Shown piece after piece: positions 29,082-38,025 of a stretch of 63,293 nucleotides of DNA (positions are counted from its first letter, which is position 1; every line of letters begins with the position of its first letter). The position numbers were made by a program, and so were the translations under genes. The stretch comes from a virus (Duplodnaviria > Caudoviricetes): IMG/VR virus record IMGVR_UViG_3300032006_002122, positions 1 through 63,293 of that record; one strand, given 5' to 3'. Under the pieces are notes generated by a model that had not been told where the DNA came from, did no database searches, and saw only the letters and a list, made by a program, of their open reading frames with translations.

Positions 29082-31277
29082 TTATATTATCTCGCAAGAT
29101 CCACCAGAGCACGCAACCTCTTGCTGAAGTTTTGTGTTGTCTTCTTGTTCTGTACACTCAGTATAATCAACCGATGTATAATTTCTTTTCATGTCAACCC
29201 ACTCCTTCCAATTATAAACATCTTTCATACAATATGACAGCTTTTTTACATCTCCATCCATGTATTTATCTGCAAACCTTTTGCATCTGTCTGTCCATTC
29301 TTTCTTACCGTTTCCTTTAGGCTTGTTTCCCAAGCCAACCAAGGCGTCACAAGCTGCCCAAAGGTTGTCTTCCCACAAATTTAGAGCTATCTCTATAAGT
29401 CCGCTGACAAACATTGACCCATCGCCATAATGAGAAACCATTTCGCTGGGCAAATATACGGTGGTGAAAGGAGCTTGGGGATAATCTTTATCTCCACTCA
29501 CTGGAAGAAGGGACACTCCACAGAAAAATTTTCTATTTTTATATATAAACTTCTGTACATCTTCCCACTCTTCAGGCTTAACGTTAATTGTATTAGATAC
29601 ATTATGTTGCAAGAAACTTTTGACACATAGAGAGTCGTTTCTTCCTGTCATGACCCAGTTCTGTTGGGTTAATTTAACACAGCTAAGTAAATCAATAGCG
29701 CTAACTTTGTTTTTTAGTTTTGCACCGTCTGGAACTTCTATACAAAAGGAAACAACATCATCGCTATCATTAGCTGACCAAACTGACTCTTCGCATGCTC
29801 TCGGATTTGTTTTCTTAAAGTGCTGATATATATCTTCCATCTTATTAGCCTGTACACGTCTAATATAGCGCTTGGCATGATGAGGATGAATGCCAGAACT
29901 AGTACCAAGAATGCAACTAGCAGTGCCTTCAGGCTTGACACAAGTAGTTCTAGCTGCTGGATTAATTCCGATTTTCTTAGCAAGTTCTCTATTTGTCTTC
30001 TTGACAACTCTAGCACCTTCCTTTTGAACATCTGGGTCTAGGCAAATCTCATGTCGTTCCATGATCCCGGTCATAGAGACTCCAAGAAGAGATTCTCTCT
30101 TCAAAATTCTTTCTGTTACCTCGCCAAGATATTCCATTTCAGTAAATCCTGCTTGCAAAGTGCCTATAATAGATGCTGCCCTGCAAGATTCAAAAAATTC
30201 CTCCTTGCTCTTTACCTTTGCGCAATTAATAGTACTGAGATTGCACGCTTGCCACCCTGTTTCCCCAGTTTCCTCGTCTACAGGATAGAGACCTATCTCC
30301 ACGCAGGGGTTAACTATAAGCTCTGTAGAATCGGACCACACAAAACCCGGCTCACCAAATTCTCTGACGGAACTCATAAGCTCAGAGAACCTTTCAGGAT
30401 CGGTTGAATCACGAAGCAATAGAGCAGAATTATTAGAACGACCACGTTGAGGGTTGTCGTGAAACCAATTGCCCGTCTTCGCAATAGCCATTTCCCTGTC
30501 ATCTGGTGAAAAAACACAAATCGTAGCACTTCTACGTACACCACCAGATATAACAGCATCAGCAGCGTGCATAACAATGTCGTAGACATCTATTGGCCTT
30601 AATTTTTTATTGGAATTAAATTCTGCCTCTTTTACAGATTTGTCCAAAACTTTTTTTATGTTAGTCAAAGCTTTCTTTAGTGGCTCTGGTCCGGGGGCTT
30701 TCCCTGAACTTGAGCTTAAATATGATCCAGCCTCCCGAATTTTTGAGTAATCAAATATGACATTCTTTTGTACGTATTCTGGAAAAATATCGTCTTGATC
30801 AAGATAGCTGCTAACGAGAACCCCTACGGCGTCAGACCACCCTTCTATTGTGTCTGGTACGGTAAACTTTTTACTTCCAGTTTTAGATGTTTTTCTCATA
30901 ATGAGGTCTGGAAGCTTTTCAACGTGATGTTTTTGTACGGAAAACCCGGTTCCGCACCCACATAAAAGAAGATACATACACTCTTGAAAAAACCTAGGTC
31001 TATCAATATATGAAGCTATACAATTGTATACCCTTGCATTATGCTTAAGTATAGGAGATCCGCCAAATTGAAGAGCGCGTTGAGAGCCGAGAACTCTTTT
31101 CTTATGCATCATGTCATAAGCCCACTCCACATCATTAGATGCTTCTGAGTATTTTTCGAGCATCATGCCTTTTACACGATCAACTGATTCTTTCCAAGTT
31201 TCTCGCCTTTTTTTCTCTGGTATCCATCTCGCGTATCTTCCAACAAACGTATAATTCTGTAGCTCAGCTACTGACAT
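29082..31277 (-). CDS. nrdJ: Class II (B12-dependent) ribonucleotide reductase
   Basis: RRETW, YNC, GCGTGFS, GGVRRSA, NPCVE, CVKPEGT, terminal CSGGSCE. Confidence 0.92.
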   Translation of the reverse strand: MSVAELQNYTFVGRYARWIPEKKRRETWKESVDRVKGMMLEKYSEASNDVEWAYDMMHKKRVLGSQRALQFGGSPILKHNARVYNCIASYIDRPRFFQECMYLLLCGCGTGFSVQKHHVEKLPDLIMRKTSKTGSKKFTVPDTIEGWSDAVGVLVSSYLDQDDIFPEYVQKNVIFDYSKIREAGSYLSSSSGKAPGPEPLKKALTNIKKVLDKSVKEAEFNSNKKLRPIDVYDIVMHAADAVISGGVRRSATICVFSPDDREMAIAKTGNWFHDNPQRGRSNNSALLLRDSTDPERFSELMSSVREFGEPGFVWSDSTELIVNPCVEIGLYPVDEETGETGWQACNLSTINCAKVKSKEEFFESCRAASIIGTLQAGFTEMEYLGEVTERILKRESLLGVSMTGIMERHEICLDPDVQKEGARVVKKTNRELAKKIGINPAARTTCVKPEGTASCILGTSSGIHPHHAKRYIRRVQANKMEDIYQHFKKTNPRACEESVWSANDSDDVVSFCIEVPDGAKLKNKVSAIDLLSCVKLTQQNWVMTGRNDSLCVKSFLQHNVSNTINVKPEEWEDVQKFIYKNRKFFCGVSLLPVSGDKDYPQAPFTTVYLPSEMVSHYGDGSMFVSGLIEIALNLWEDNLWAACDALVGLGNKPKGNGKKEWTDRCKRFADKYMDGDVKKLSYCMKDVYNWKEWVDMKRNYTSVDYTECTEQEDNTKLQQEVACSGGSCEII

Positions 31278-31279
31278 TT

Positions 31280-31726
31280 TTACTTCCTAAGCTTTGCTTT
31301 TGTCGCATGTCCTGATTCTACCATGATCTCCGACACATCTTTTCCATCTACAAAAATATGTCCAAGAACTCTTCCAAAAGTAAAAATATCTTTCAATTGA
31401 TTTTCATCATCCGCTGGTATATGCAAAACTGCATCTACATACTCAATCATTCCGGTGTCTTTATTTTTACCCTCAAAAAGAATCTTTCTAAGATGATTTC
31501 TTGCAGCAATTCCTTTTGATTTCTCTTCTTTATTTTTGGTGCGTATTTCTGAACACCAACAATTCTTAAGTCTTACGGTGACCTCTCTCTTAATTTCTAC
31601 AATAACTGTGTCGCCGTCATAAACCTTTTTAATTATTACATCTGTGGTCCATCCTCTGGGGGGTTCTTTCATAGGATCTTCCCTAGCCCGCAAAGGGGGA
31701 CCGTTGTGAATTATTCTTGTAGCCAT
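31280..31726 (-). CDS. Thermonuclease (SNase-like)
   Basis: VYDGDT, VRL, FGRVLG, MVESGHA. Confidence 0.85.
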   Translation of the reverse strand: MATRIIHNGPPLRAREDPMKEPPRGWTTDVIIKKVYDGDTVIVEIKREVTVRLKNCWCSEIRTKNKEEKSKGIAARNHLRKILFEGKNKDTGMIEYVDAVLHIPADDENQLKDIFTFGRVLGHIFVDGKDVSEIMVESGHATKAKLRK

Positions 31727-32210
31727 CTAGGATATTATACACTATATTAGGGTCCATGTAGGTAATCTCAAGTCCATTCTCTATAAGGTGATCGTAGACA
31801 ATTTTGTCCTCTTTCTTTTCTCCGTGAGCTTTAGACCCTACGGGAACATACCATTCGGTAACACCTGTTTGCCACAACAGTTTAGCACAATTTGCACACG
31901 GAAGGTGTGTAATGTAAGCCTTATAGCAATCTATCTGTCTCACAATTAAGTTAGTAATAGCGTTGGCTTCTGCATGCACAATGAACGGATATTTGTCAGG
32001 TCTTGTGGTTGGAAGACCTTTCTCGTTTACATTTGTGCAAAATCCATTATACCCAACGCCTACAACTATGTTGGAGCTACCAACTATGACGCAACCGACC
32101 TTAGTTTCGGAATCGTGACTTCGTATAGACGCATAATGCGCCATACCCATGAAATACTCATCCCATGTCGGTCTTCGGTTCCTCAATTCGTCTTTTTGAT
32201 CTTCTTGCAA
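31683..32210 (-). CDS. dCMP deaminase
   Basis: RPTWDEYFM, GYNG, HAEANA, PCANC. Confidence 0.92.
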   Translation of the reverse strand: MQEDQKDELRNRRPTWDEYFMGMAHYASIRSHDSETKVGCVIVGSSNIVVGVGYNGFCTNVNEKGLPTTRPDKYPFIVHAEANAITNLIVRQIDCYKAYITHLPCANCAKLLWQTGVTEWYVPVGSKAHGEKKEDKIVYDHLIENGLEITYMDPNIVYNILDGYKNNSQRSPFAG

Positions 32211-32274
32211 CTTTTTCCCTCTTCAATCTCTTTTTGTCTTTCTTGCTTTTTCGTCTAATGGTTTTCCCCATAGT

Positions 32275-32303
32275 ATTATGGCGTGCCGTTTGAGTTTGGT
32301 CAA
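32275..32303 (-). promoter_or_regulatory. Sigma70-like promoter upstream of the nucleotide-metabolism genes
   Basis: TTGACC-N17-CATAAT on the minus strand. Confidence 0.5.
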
Positions 32304-32806
32304 CGTCGAACTGCCGGGCCTCTCCTTCTGTTTAAGTAGTGCTGGTTTACCCTATTAAGATTATGGATATATGTAGGAATATCTGACGAGATATTTGATT
32401 TAACTTTTCCACGTGTTTTATCATAAATTTTTATAGTTCCGTCTTCGAATATATAAATACAATCTGCGTTATGAATAGATATCTGTTTTATATTCTTGTA
32501 TTTTTTTTGCAAGGAGTAATATCCCTGTAATGAATTTTGAAATCCAAAACTGTCAATATTTTGTTGAAGATACACTGGTTTCGCCTGAATGGTCCATCCC
32601 CAAGGGGTCCACACCCAAACCATGTGTTGGGGTTGATAGAAATGATTGAAATAAAGTTGTGAATTAGAAAGCCTGTTATGCTCTATAACATTAGAAATTT
32701 CTTCCACGAATATTTCCACGTCAGCAGATTGGCAGGTGTCACTGCTAATAAATGGAATGATCGCAGCAGACATGGCGCCAATTTTTAAAAATTCTCTTCG
32801 TCTCAT
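32300..32806 (-). CDS. Hypothetical protein with twin-arginine (Tat) signal-like N-terminus
   Basis: MRRREFLKIGAMSAAIIPF. Confidence 0.6.
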   Translation of the reverse strand: MRRREFLKIGAMSAAIIPFISSDTCQSADVEIFVEEISNVIEHNRLSNSQLYFNHFYQPQHMVWVWTPWGWTIQAKPVYLQQNIDSFGFQNSLQGYYSLQKKYKNIKQISIHNADCIYIFEDGTIKIYDKTRGKVKSNISSDIPTYIHNLNRVNQHYLNRRRGPAVRR

Positions 32807-33711
32807 TTCAGAACCTCCAAACCATGAATACAGTGTCTAATATCTTCTTCTAGTTGTATTTCTTTTAGCAGCTTTTGTGTTCTTATATCAAGCATTAAAA
32901 TTCTAGCTGGAGAAGATCCGACAAAAACTATATCCCCGCTTCTTGCCAGACCCCTGTTCCAATTGTTTTCGGCAATTGTATCTACATGATACTTAACATT
33001 TCTTGATCTTGGTATGACTATAAAATCACAACCAACATCTTTGTTTATTCCTAGGTATTTAAACGATGTTAGGTTTACGAGTGAAAAGTCTTCGTACTCA
33101 TAAAAATTATGCTGAAAACTTTTCGAACCATTTAGTGTGGGCATTGCAGACACAACGTTCATGGTTTCAAGATCATAGAGGTGTGTAATTAATCCAGAAA
33201 ATACAACTCTTCCATTTTCAGAGGATATGGAATTGATATGAAAATTATCATCATTAGTCAAATCGGATTTAGATACTGAATCTTTACTTTCCAAAACCTT
33301 GTAATCATGAAGACTCCTGCCGTTTATTTTGTAAATGTTGCATATATTAAAATTTAAATCAACCTGAACAATGGCATCGTAAGCGGTTGAGGTTACCCAT
33401 ATATAACCATCAAGATAGCAAATTTCATGAATAGACTTAAAAACTAGTGAATCTTTAACTCTATTGATTATCTCGTAATTTTTTCTGTCTAGCTGAAATA
33501 GCCCGGCAGAATCGGCTACTATTATTCTGTCTTTTAAAACACATATACCCCTGAGACCTCTTTCACCCCCTCTTTCATTGTCGTTGATGAAACTGTCTGA
33601 GTATGGAATATATTTTTCCACCTTTTCGGAATCAACATCGATAATGTATAGACCGCCGTGTATGTCTCCCTGCTTGGCGGCTCTAACTACTGTGGAGCAT
33701 ATGATCTTCAT
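32803..33711 (-). CDS. Beta-propeller-like hypothetical protein
   Basis: Repeated beta motifs RGLRGI, IHEI, FHINSI, RGLARSGDIVFVGSS. Confidence 0.55.
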   Translation of the reverse strand: MKIICSTVVRAAKQGDIHGGLYIIDVDSEKVEKYIPYSDSFINDNERGGERGLRGICVLKDRIIVADSAGLFQLDRKNYEIINRVKDSLVFKSIHEICYLDGYIWVTSTAYDAIVQVDLNFNICNIYKINGRSLHDYKVLESKDSVSKSDLTNDDNFHINSISSENGRVVFSGLITHLYDLETMNVVSAMPTLNGSKSFQHNFYEYEDFSLVNLTSFKYLGINKDVGCDFIVIPRSRNVKYHVDTIAENNWNRGLARSGDIVFVGSSPARILMLDIRTQKLLKEIQLEEDIRHCIHGLEVLK

Positions 33712-34561
33712 GTTTAAATTGCACTTCTAGGCTCTGGTAAGGTCTGGAAATATTATTTAATTTTATTTTTTCACGGTTTATTTTCATATTGTTTAAATAT
33801 CTCAAGTTTAAAGATGCGTCTGATGCACCGAGATCATCGGATTTGTGTAAAATAATTCTGTTTATAGAATTGGTAATTAAGGCGCTGTATTCAAAGCACG
33901 CCATTTTGGTTGGTATTGAGTTTCTATATCTATTTTTATATAGTGGTTTTTGCATAGCAATATCCAGACTTTCCGAATCTTCAAAATCAACCTTGGAAAC
34001 AATATTTTTTATTACATCTCTTTTGTATATATGACCATTCACAGAAAGGGGTAGGGCGAAATTGGTGTATGGCTCGACCTGAATAGCATCCCATACAAGA
34101 AATTTATCCCATATAAAATCTCCGTGCTCTGGTGTAGGTGAAAAATAATTACTGGAATCATATATATCTTGTAAGATAGTATTGTTCCCAAGCCTTAACG
34201 ATAAGGTCAGAGGGTTGTATTCTTCAAAAAGATTCTTTATGTCTTTATAAGCAGCAAGTCTTTGGAATAGTATATCTTCATCTGAAAACAGCGCTACATA
34301 CTCTCTGGAGTTTTCAATGCACAGCAAAAGGGATTCTTTTAAATTTTCACTCTCTATATATTTTGGAGAATACAGGAAATTTTTTGAACACTTGTTATTA
34401 AAATTTTGTATAAGTTTTAAATACCCTTCTCTAAATTCAAGATTAGAGTAGTCGTAAATTACAGTGTTTTCAAAAAGATTTCCTGCGCAATGCTGTATAC
34501 TTTCAAGCAATAGATGTGTTTGGCAGGCTTTGTCTTTTGATATGACTATTGAAGATATCAT
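33683..34561 (-). CDS. Putative GT-A-like glycosyltransferase, SKxRACQL family
   Basis: SKDKACQTHLLLESI, LFSDEDI, LSLRLGNN, NFALPLSVNGHIYK. Confidence 0.6.
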   Translation of the reverse strand: MISSIVISKDKACQTHLLLESIQHCAGNLFENTVIYDYSNLEFREGYLKLIQNFNNKCSKNFLYSPKYIESENLKESLLLCIENSREYVALFSDEDILFQRLAAYKDIKNLFEEYNPLTLSLRLGNNTILQDIYDSSNYFSPTPEHGDFIWDKFLVWDAIQVEPYTNFALPLSVNGHIYKRDVIKNIVSKVDFEDSESLDIAMQKPLYKNRYRNSIPTKMACFEYSALITNSINRIILHKSDDLGASDASLNLRYLNNMKINREKIKLNNISRPYQSLEVQFKHEDHMLHSS

Positions 34562-35532
34562 TACACTTCAGCAAATCCGACAACGCTGGGTCTGTAAACC
34601 TCTTTATACCATTTTACGGTACGTTCAAGACCCGTGGACAGGTCGGTCTTGGCTGAAAAACCTAGCTTGTCTTTTGCCTTGTCCACATTTAAACATCTTC
34701 TTGGCTGTCCATCTGGCTTGCTAGTATCCCATATAATTTTTCCATCATACCCCATTTTGTCGGCTATTATTTCTACAAGATCTTTAATTCTTGTTTCTTT
34801 GCCAGTGCCTATATTGATGGGGTCTGGCTCGTCGTAAACTTCCATCGCTCTAACAATTGCCTCGGCGCAGTCTTCCACAAATAGAAACTCTCTGGTGGCA
34901 TTTCCTGTTCCCCAGACAACAATTTCTTTGCTATTTATTTCAATAGCTTTCTGCATGTTTGTTATCAACGCTGGAATAACATGACTAGTTTTGGTATTAA
35001 AATTATCTTCAGGACCATACATATTTACAGGCATTAGTGTTATGCCATTAAAATTAAATTGCATCCTGTAAGATCTAATCATTTCCATAAGGGCTTTTTT
35101 AGCTATTCCGTATGGAGCGTTTGTTTCCTCTGGGTAACCATTCCACAGATCATCTTCTGAAAATGGAACTGGGCAATGTTTAGGATAAGAGCAAACGGTC
35201 CCTGCGAGAATCACCTTGTCGGCAGTTGTCATTCTGGCCTCTTCTATAACCTTCATTCCCATATTGAGATTCTCATAGAAGAACGATGCTGGGGAAAGCT
35301 GATTGGCCCCAATACCACCAACCCTAGCGGCCAAGTGAATAACAATTTTTGGGCTATGCTGTTGAAAAATATATCCAACGTGTGAGGAGTCTGTTAAATC
35401 AAGACCGTCTCTAGTTCCGCTCAAAGGAACAACGTTTCTGTACCCTTTAGAAAAAAGTTCCCTGACAACAAACTTTCCCAGAAACCCATTTCCGCCAGTG
35501 ACAAGTATGCAATCTTCACTGTGAATAATCAT
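34561..35532 (-). CDS. fcl: GDP-L-fucose synthase
   Basis: GGNGFLG, HLAARVGGIGAN, CSYPK, YGIAKK, SHVIPALI, WGTGNATREF, KPDGQPRR. Confidence 0.94.
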   Translation of the reverse strand: MIIHSEDCILVTGGNGFLGKFVVRELFSKGYRNVVPLSGTRDGLDLTDSSHVGYIFQQHSPKIVIHLAARVGGIGANQLSPASFFYENLNMGMKVIEEARMTTADKVILAGTVCSYPKHCPVPFSEDDLWNGYPEETNAPYGIAKKALMEMIRSYRMQFNFNGITLMPVNMYGPEDNFNTKTSHVIPALITNMQKAIEINSKEIVVWGTGNATREFLFVEDCAEAIVRAMEVYDEPDPINIGTGKETRIKDLVEIIADKMGYDGKIIWDTSKPDGQPRRCLNVDKAKDKLGFSAKTDLSTGLERTVKWYKEVYRPSVVGFAEV

Positions 35533-35833
35533 GAACTTCTCCTAGGTCCAAAAACTCATTCATTTCTTGAGCTTCCAGAAAATACGTCCGTTTTACTTCG
35601 TTTCTTCTTTGGTCCATAATAATTATGCACGGGAGATGAACAACATCAAAGATATCTTTGGCCTCTGAGTATGTCTCTGTCCCCTTGTATAAGAACAGCG
35701 GCTTTCCTCCATAATATTTTCCCATAGATCTAACAACTCTGTCATCAATCAACACCTTGGTTTTTAACTTATAGCAATATGGGCACTCTTGTGACATAAA
35801 GATTATTATTTGCAAATCAGCAGGATTTGGCAT
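35516..35833 (-). CDS. Thioredoxin-fold protein
   Basis: CPYC motif; cis-Pro loop HLP. Confidence 0.75.
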   Translation of the reverse strand: MPNPADLQIIIFMSQECPYCYKLKTKVLIDDRVVRSMGKYYGGKPLFLYKGTETYSEAKDIFDVVHLPCIIIMDQRRNEVKRTYFLEAQEMNEFLDLGEVHDYSQ

Positions 35834-35838
35834 TTTGT

Positions 35839-36165
35839 TTATTCCGCTACGGTATACTTATATTTTATACCGGGTTTTGAGTTAATACAATCGGGGCACA
35901 TCGGAACCTTTTTACCATGCATTTTTAGATGATGCTGGGTTCTGAGAACCTGTTTTACAATCACAGTGTCTCTGTATAAAGATTGCTTATGTGCATTTTC
36001 TAAAGCGGCAGCTATTGCTACTGCCTCATACCCAACAGTGGAAGGTGTCTTTATTTCTGCGGATTTAGTATTAGCTTTTTGATTATCGAAATAATATAAA
36101 CTGATTCCAATATTCGCAGCAGTGCAGACTATAAATAAGATTATAAGATTAATTGTTGTTCTCAT
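35839..36165 (-). CDS. Membrane-anchored hypothetical protein
   Basis: N-terminal hydrophobic helix; HH..H and CPDC. Confidence 0.55.
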   Translation of the reverse strand: MRTTINLIILFIVCTAANIGISLYYFDNQKANTKSAEIKTPSTVGYEAVAIAAALENAHKQSLYRDTVIVKQVLRTQHHLKMHGKKVPMCPDCINSKPGIKYKYTVAE

Positions 36166-37124
36166 GGTCTTCTTTTCTCGAAACTAGCCTGAGAGGGCTG
36201 CTTAGTGACAGGTAGAATCGGAAATTTTATACCATCTTTTGTTGGTAGACTCTTGCCGGTAGAGCTTTTAGGTGTTGAAGATCTTCCTTCTGGGCTAATA
36301 TTTCTTATGTCATTTATGGAAGGGGTCTTGACATCAGTGTCTATAGCCCACAGTATACCTTCTTTTTTAGCATACTTTCTCATTCGTCTTACTGGGACGA
36401 TCAGATTGAAAGTTTCACCAGCACCTCTGACAAGCATGCCCATATATTGTCCAGATTTTTCGCCAGATCTTTCACTAAGAAAAACTCCACCGCCACTAGA
36501 CCCCGGAAATGCTGTAACTGTCGTTTGATCAAAAACAACGCCGTCGCTATTTCCTAAGTCTAGAACTCTACCAACTTGAGAACAAATTCCTCGCGTCATC
36601 GAGTTACTGCCTACTTGGCCTAGTAAAGAACCTACGTGATATAACTCAGTACCAATAGCGACTGGCTTACCAGATCCCTTGTAGAAAGTTGTAGTCTTAT
36701 CAATAAAACCCTTCTTTCTAACCATCAAGAGAGCCAAGTCTTCTCCGTTTTCAGCATCGGAGTACTTAATTACCTTGGCTTCCATCTTGATTTCACCAAC
36801 TCGACGGCCATCTTCTACCAACTCTTTTACTATTTGAGCATCTCTAAATTCAATAACTCTCTTGGTCTGGCCATCCTTTACGACCCTTCTTTCAGATCGC
36901 AGTCCATCTACAACATGTGCTGCGGTCCAAACAAAATTTACCTTTTGCTTAACATTTGGAGCGACCTCTATTTCTCTGGTAACAATAACACCAGACCCCT
37001 CGCCCCCGGCAGCTTTAACTGTTACTGAAACGTCTTGAAGATGCTGGTATAGTTTATCATCAGCATTAGATGTGCTAGCCAGAACAAATAAAGCTACAAA
37101 TACACCTGTAAAAATTGTTTTCAT
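36162..37124 (-). CDS. Secreted trypsin-like serine protease
   Basis: Signal peptide MKTIFTGVFVALFVLASTSNA; triad TAAHV, DLALL, PGSSGGG. Confidence 0.88.
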   Translation of the reverse strand: MKTIFTGVFVALFVLASTSNADDKLYQHLQDVSVTVKAAGGEGSGVIVTREIEVAPNVKQKVNFVWTAAHVVDGLRSERRVVKDGQTKRVIEFRDAQIVKELVEDGRRVGEIKMEAKVIKYSDAENGEDLALLMVRKKGFIDKTTTFYKGSGKPVAIGTELYHVGSLLGQVGSNSMTRGICSQVGRVLDLGNSDGVVFDQTTVTAFPGSSGGGVFLSERSGEKSGQYMGMLVRGAGETFNLIVPVRRMRKYAKKEGILWAIDTDVKTPSINDIRNISPEGRSSTPKSSTGKSLPTKDGIKFPILPVTKQPSQASFEKRRP

Positions 37125-37146
37125 GTCCGTCCTTCCTTGAAAATAT

Positions 37147-37204
37147 AAAAAGATCCCGGCCCAGATATAAAGAATTATAATCAATATAAAACAGGACCGG
37201 GATC
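37147..37204 (-). terminator. Long-loop hairpin/terminator-like element
   Basis: GATCCCGGTCC...GGGCCGGGATC 11-bp stem (one G-U) followed by TTTTT on the minus strand. Confidence 0.5.
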
Positions 37205-37223
37205 AAAAACCATAAGTCTTAAG

Positions 37224-38012
37224 CTAGTTTACCGTATCTCCACCCTGCATGCGTCTTTCCAACTCTCGCTGCGGGCTATTCTTATCGTTCTCGGCAACGC
37301 CGGGAGCAACGGGAACATTTGGTGTGGCAATAGATCTCAGTTCATCTTCAGTAAATTCACTTCCTAGTGCAGGATGTTTAATCCACTCAATAGTCGGAAT
37401 GTGGCTAACATCGTAGGTATCGAAGTGGGTTTTGGCTAGATAAAACGGACTGTCGTTATCAAACACTGCGTGAGCTTCTAATACAGGAATTCTAAATAGC
37501 TCCACGCACATTAGACGATATGCTTCTCGGAAGAGCTTCTTCATTTCTTTTCCTGTAGAATCACTCCAGTCGTTAGCCCAAGTGTTCTCAGAAAGCTGAG
37601 CAATATCGCTTAGTCCCTGAAGACCAAGTTCGATCCATCGACGACAGTAGTCGTTTTTGACATCGAAATAACGAATCGGATAAATCTTGAATGCTCGTCG
37701 CTCGTGAGTAATGTGGTGAGCCTCAAGTCTTTCCATGTTATCTGGCTTCGTATTTGTGTCGATAAGATTGCACAAACGAACAAACATGTTGTGGTGCTGT
37801 TTGACTGCGGCTAGTGTGGGAGGACCGGGAACAAAACAGTCAGTACGAACACTGAAAGCTTGTAGGTGTTCTCCAATTTTGTCAAAGAGCCGAGCCATGG
37901 CCATGTTGTGGGTTTCCTTGTTGTCGCCAACATTGGGAATAGCCCACTTTACCCCTTCAAACATGTATGGTAAAATAGCGTCGTGAACCGGAATTACTAA
38001 ATTTTCAGACAT
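37224..38012 (-). CDS. Hypothetical protein
   Basis: 262-aa ORF between the two protease genes. Confidence 0.65.
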   Translation of the reverse strand: MSENLVIPVHDAILPYMFEGVKWAIPNVGDNKETHNMAMARLFDKIGEHLQAFSVRTDCFVPGPPTLAAVKQHHNMFVRLCNLIDTNTKPDNMERLEAHHITHERRAFKIYPIRYFDVKNDYCRRWIELGLQGLSDIAQLSENTWANDWSDSTGKEMKKLFREAYRLMCVELFRIPVLEAHAVFDNDSPFYLAKTHFDTYDVSHIPTIEWIKHPALGSEFTEDELRSIATPNVPVAPGVAENDKNSPQRELERRMQGGDTVN

Positions 38013-38025
38013 TTTATATCTCCAC

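Noticed and set aside
32158-32271. 37-aa basic ORF as a confident gene
   Set aside because: Its ATG is only 3 nt from the predicted -10 box and it overlaps the dCMP deaminase start, which has its own SD-like sequence; kept only as a side note
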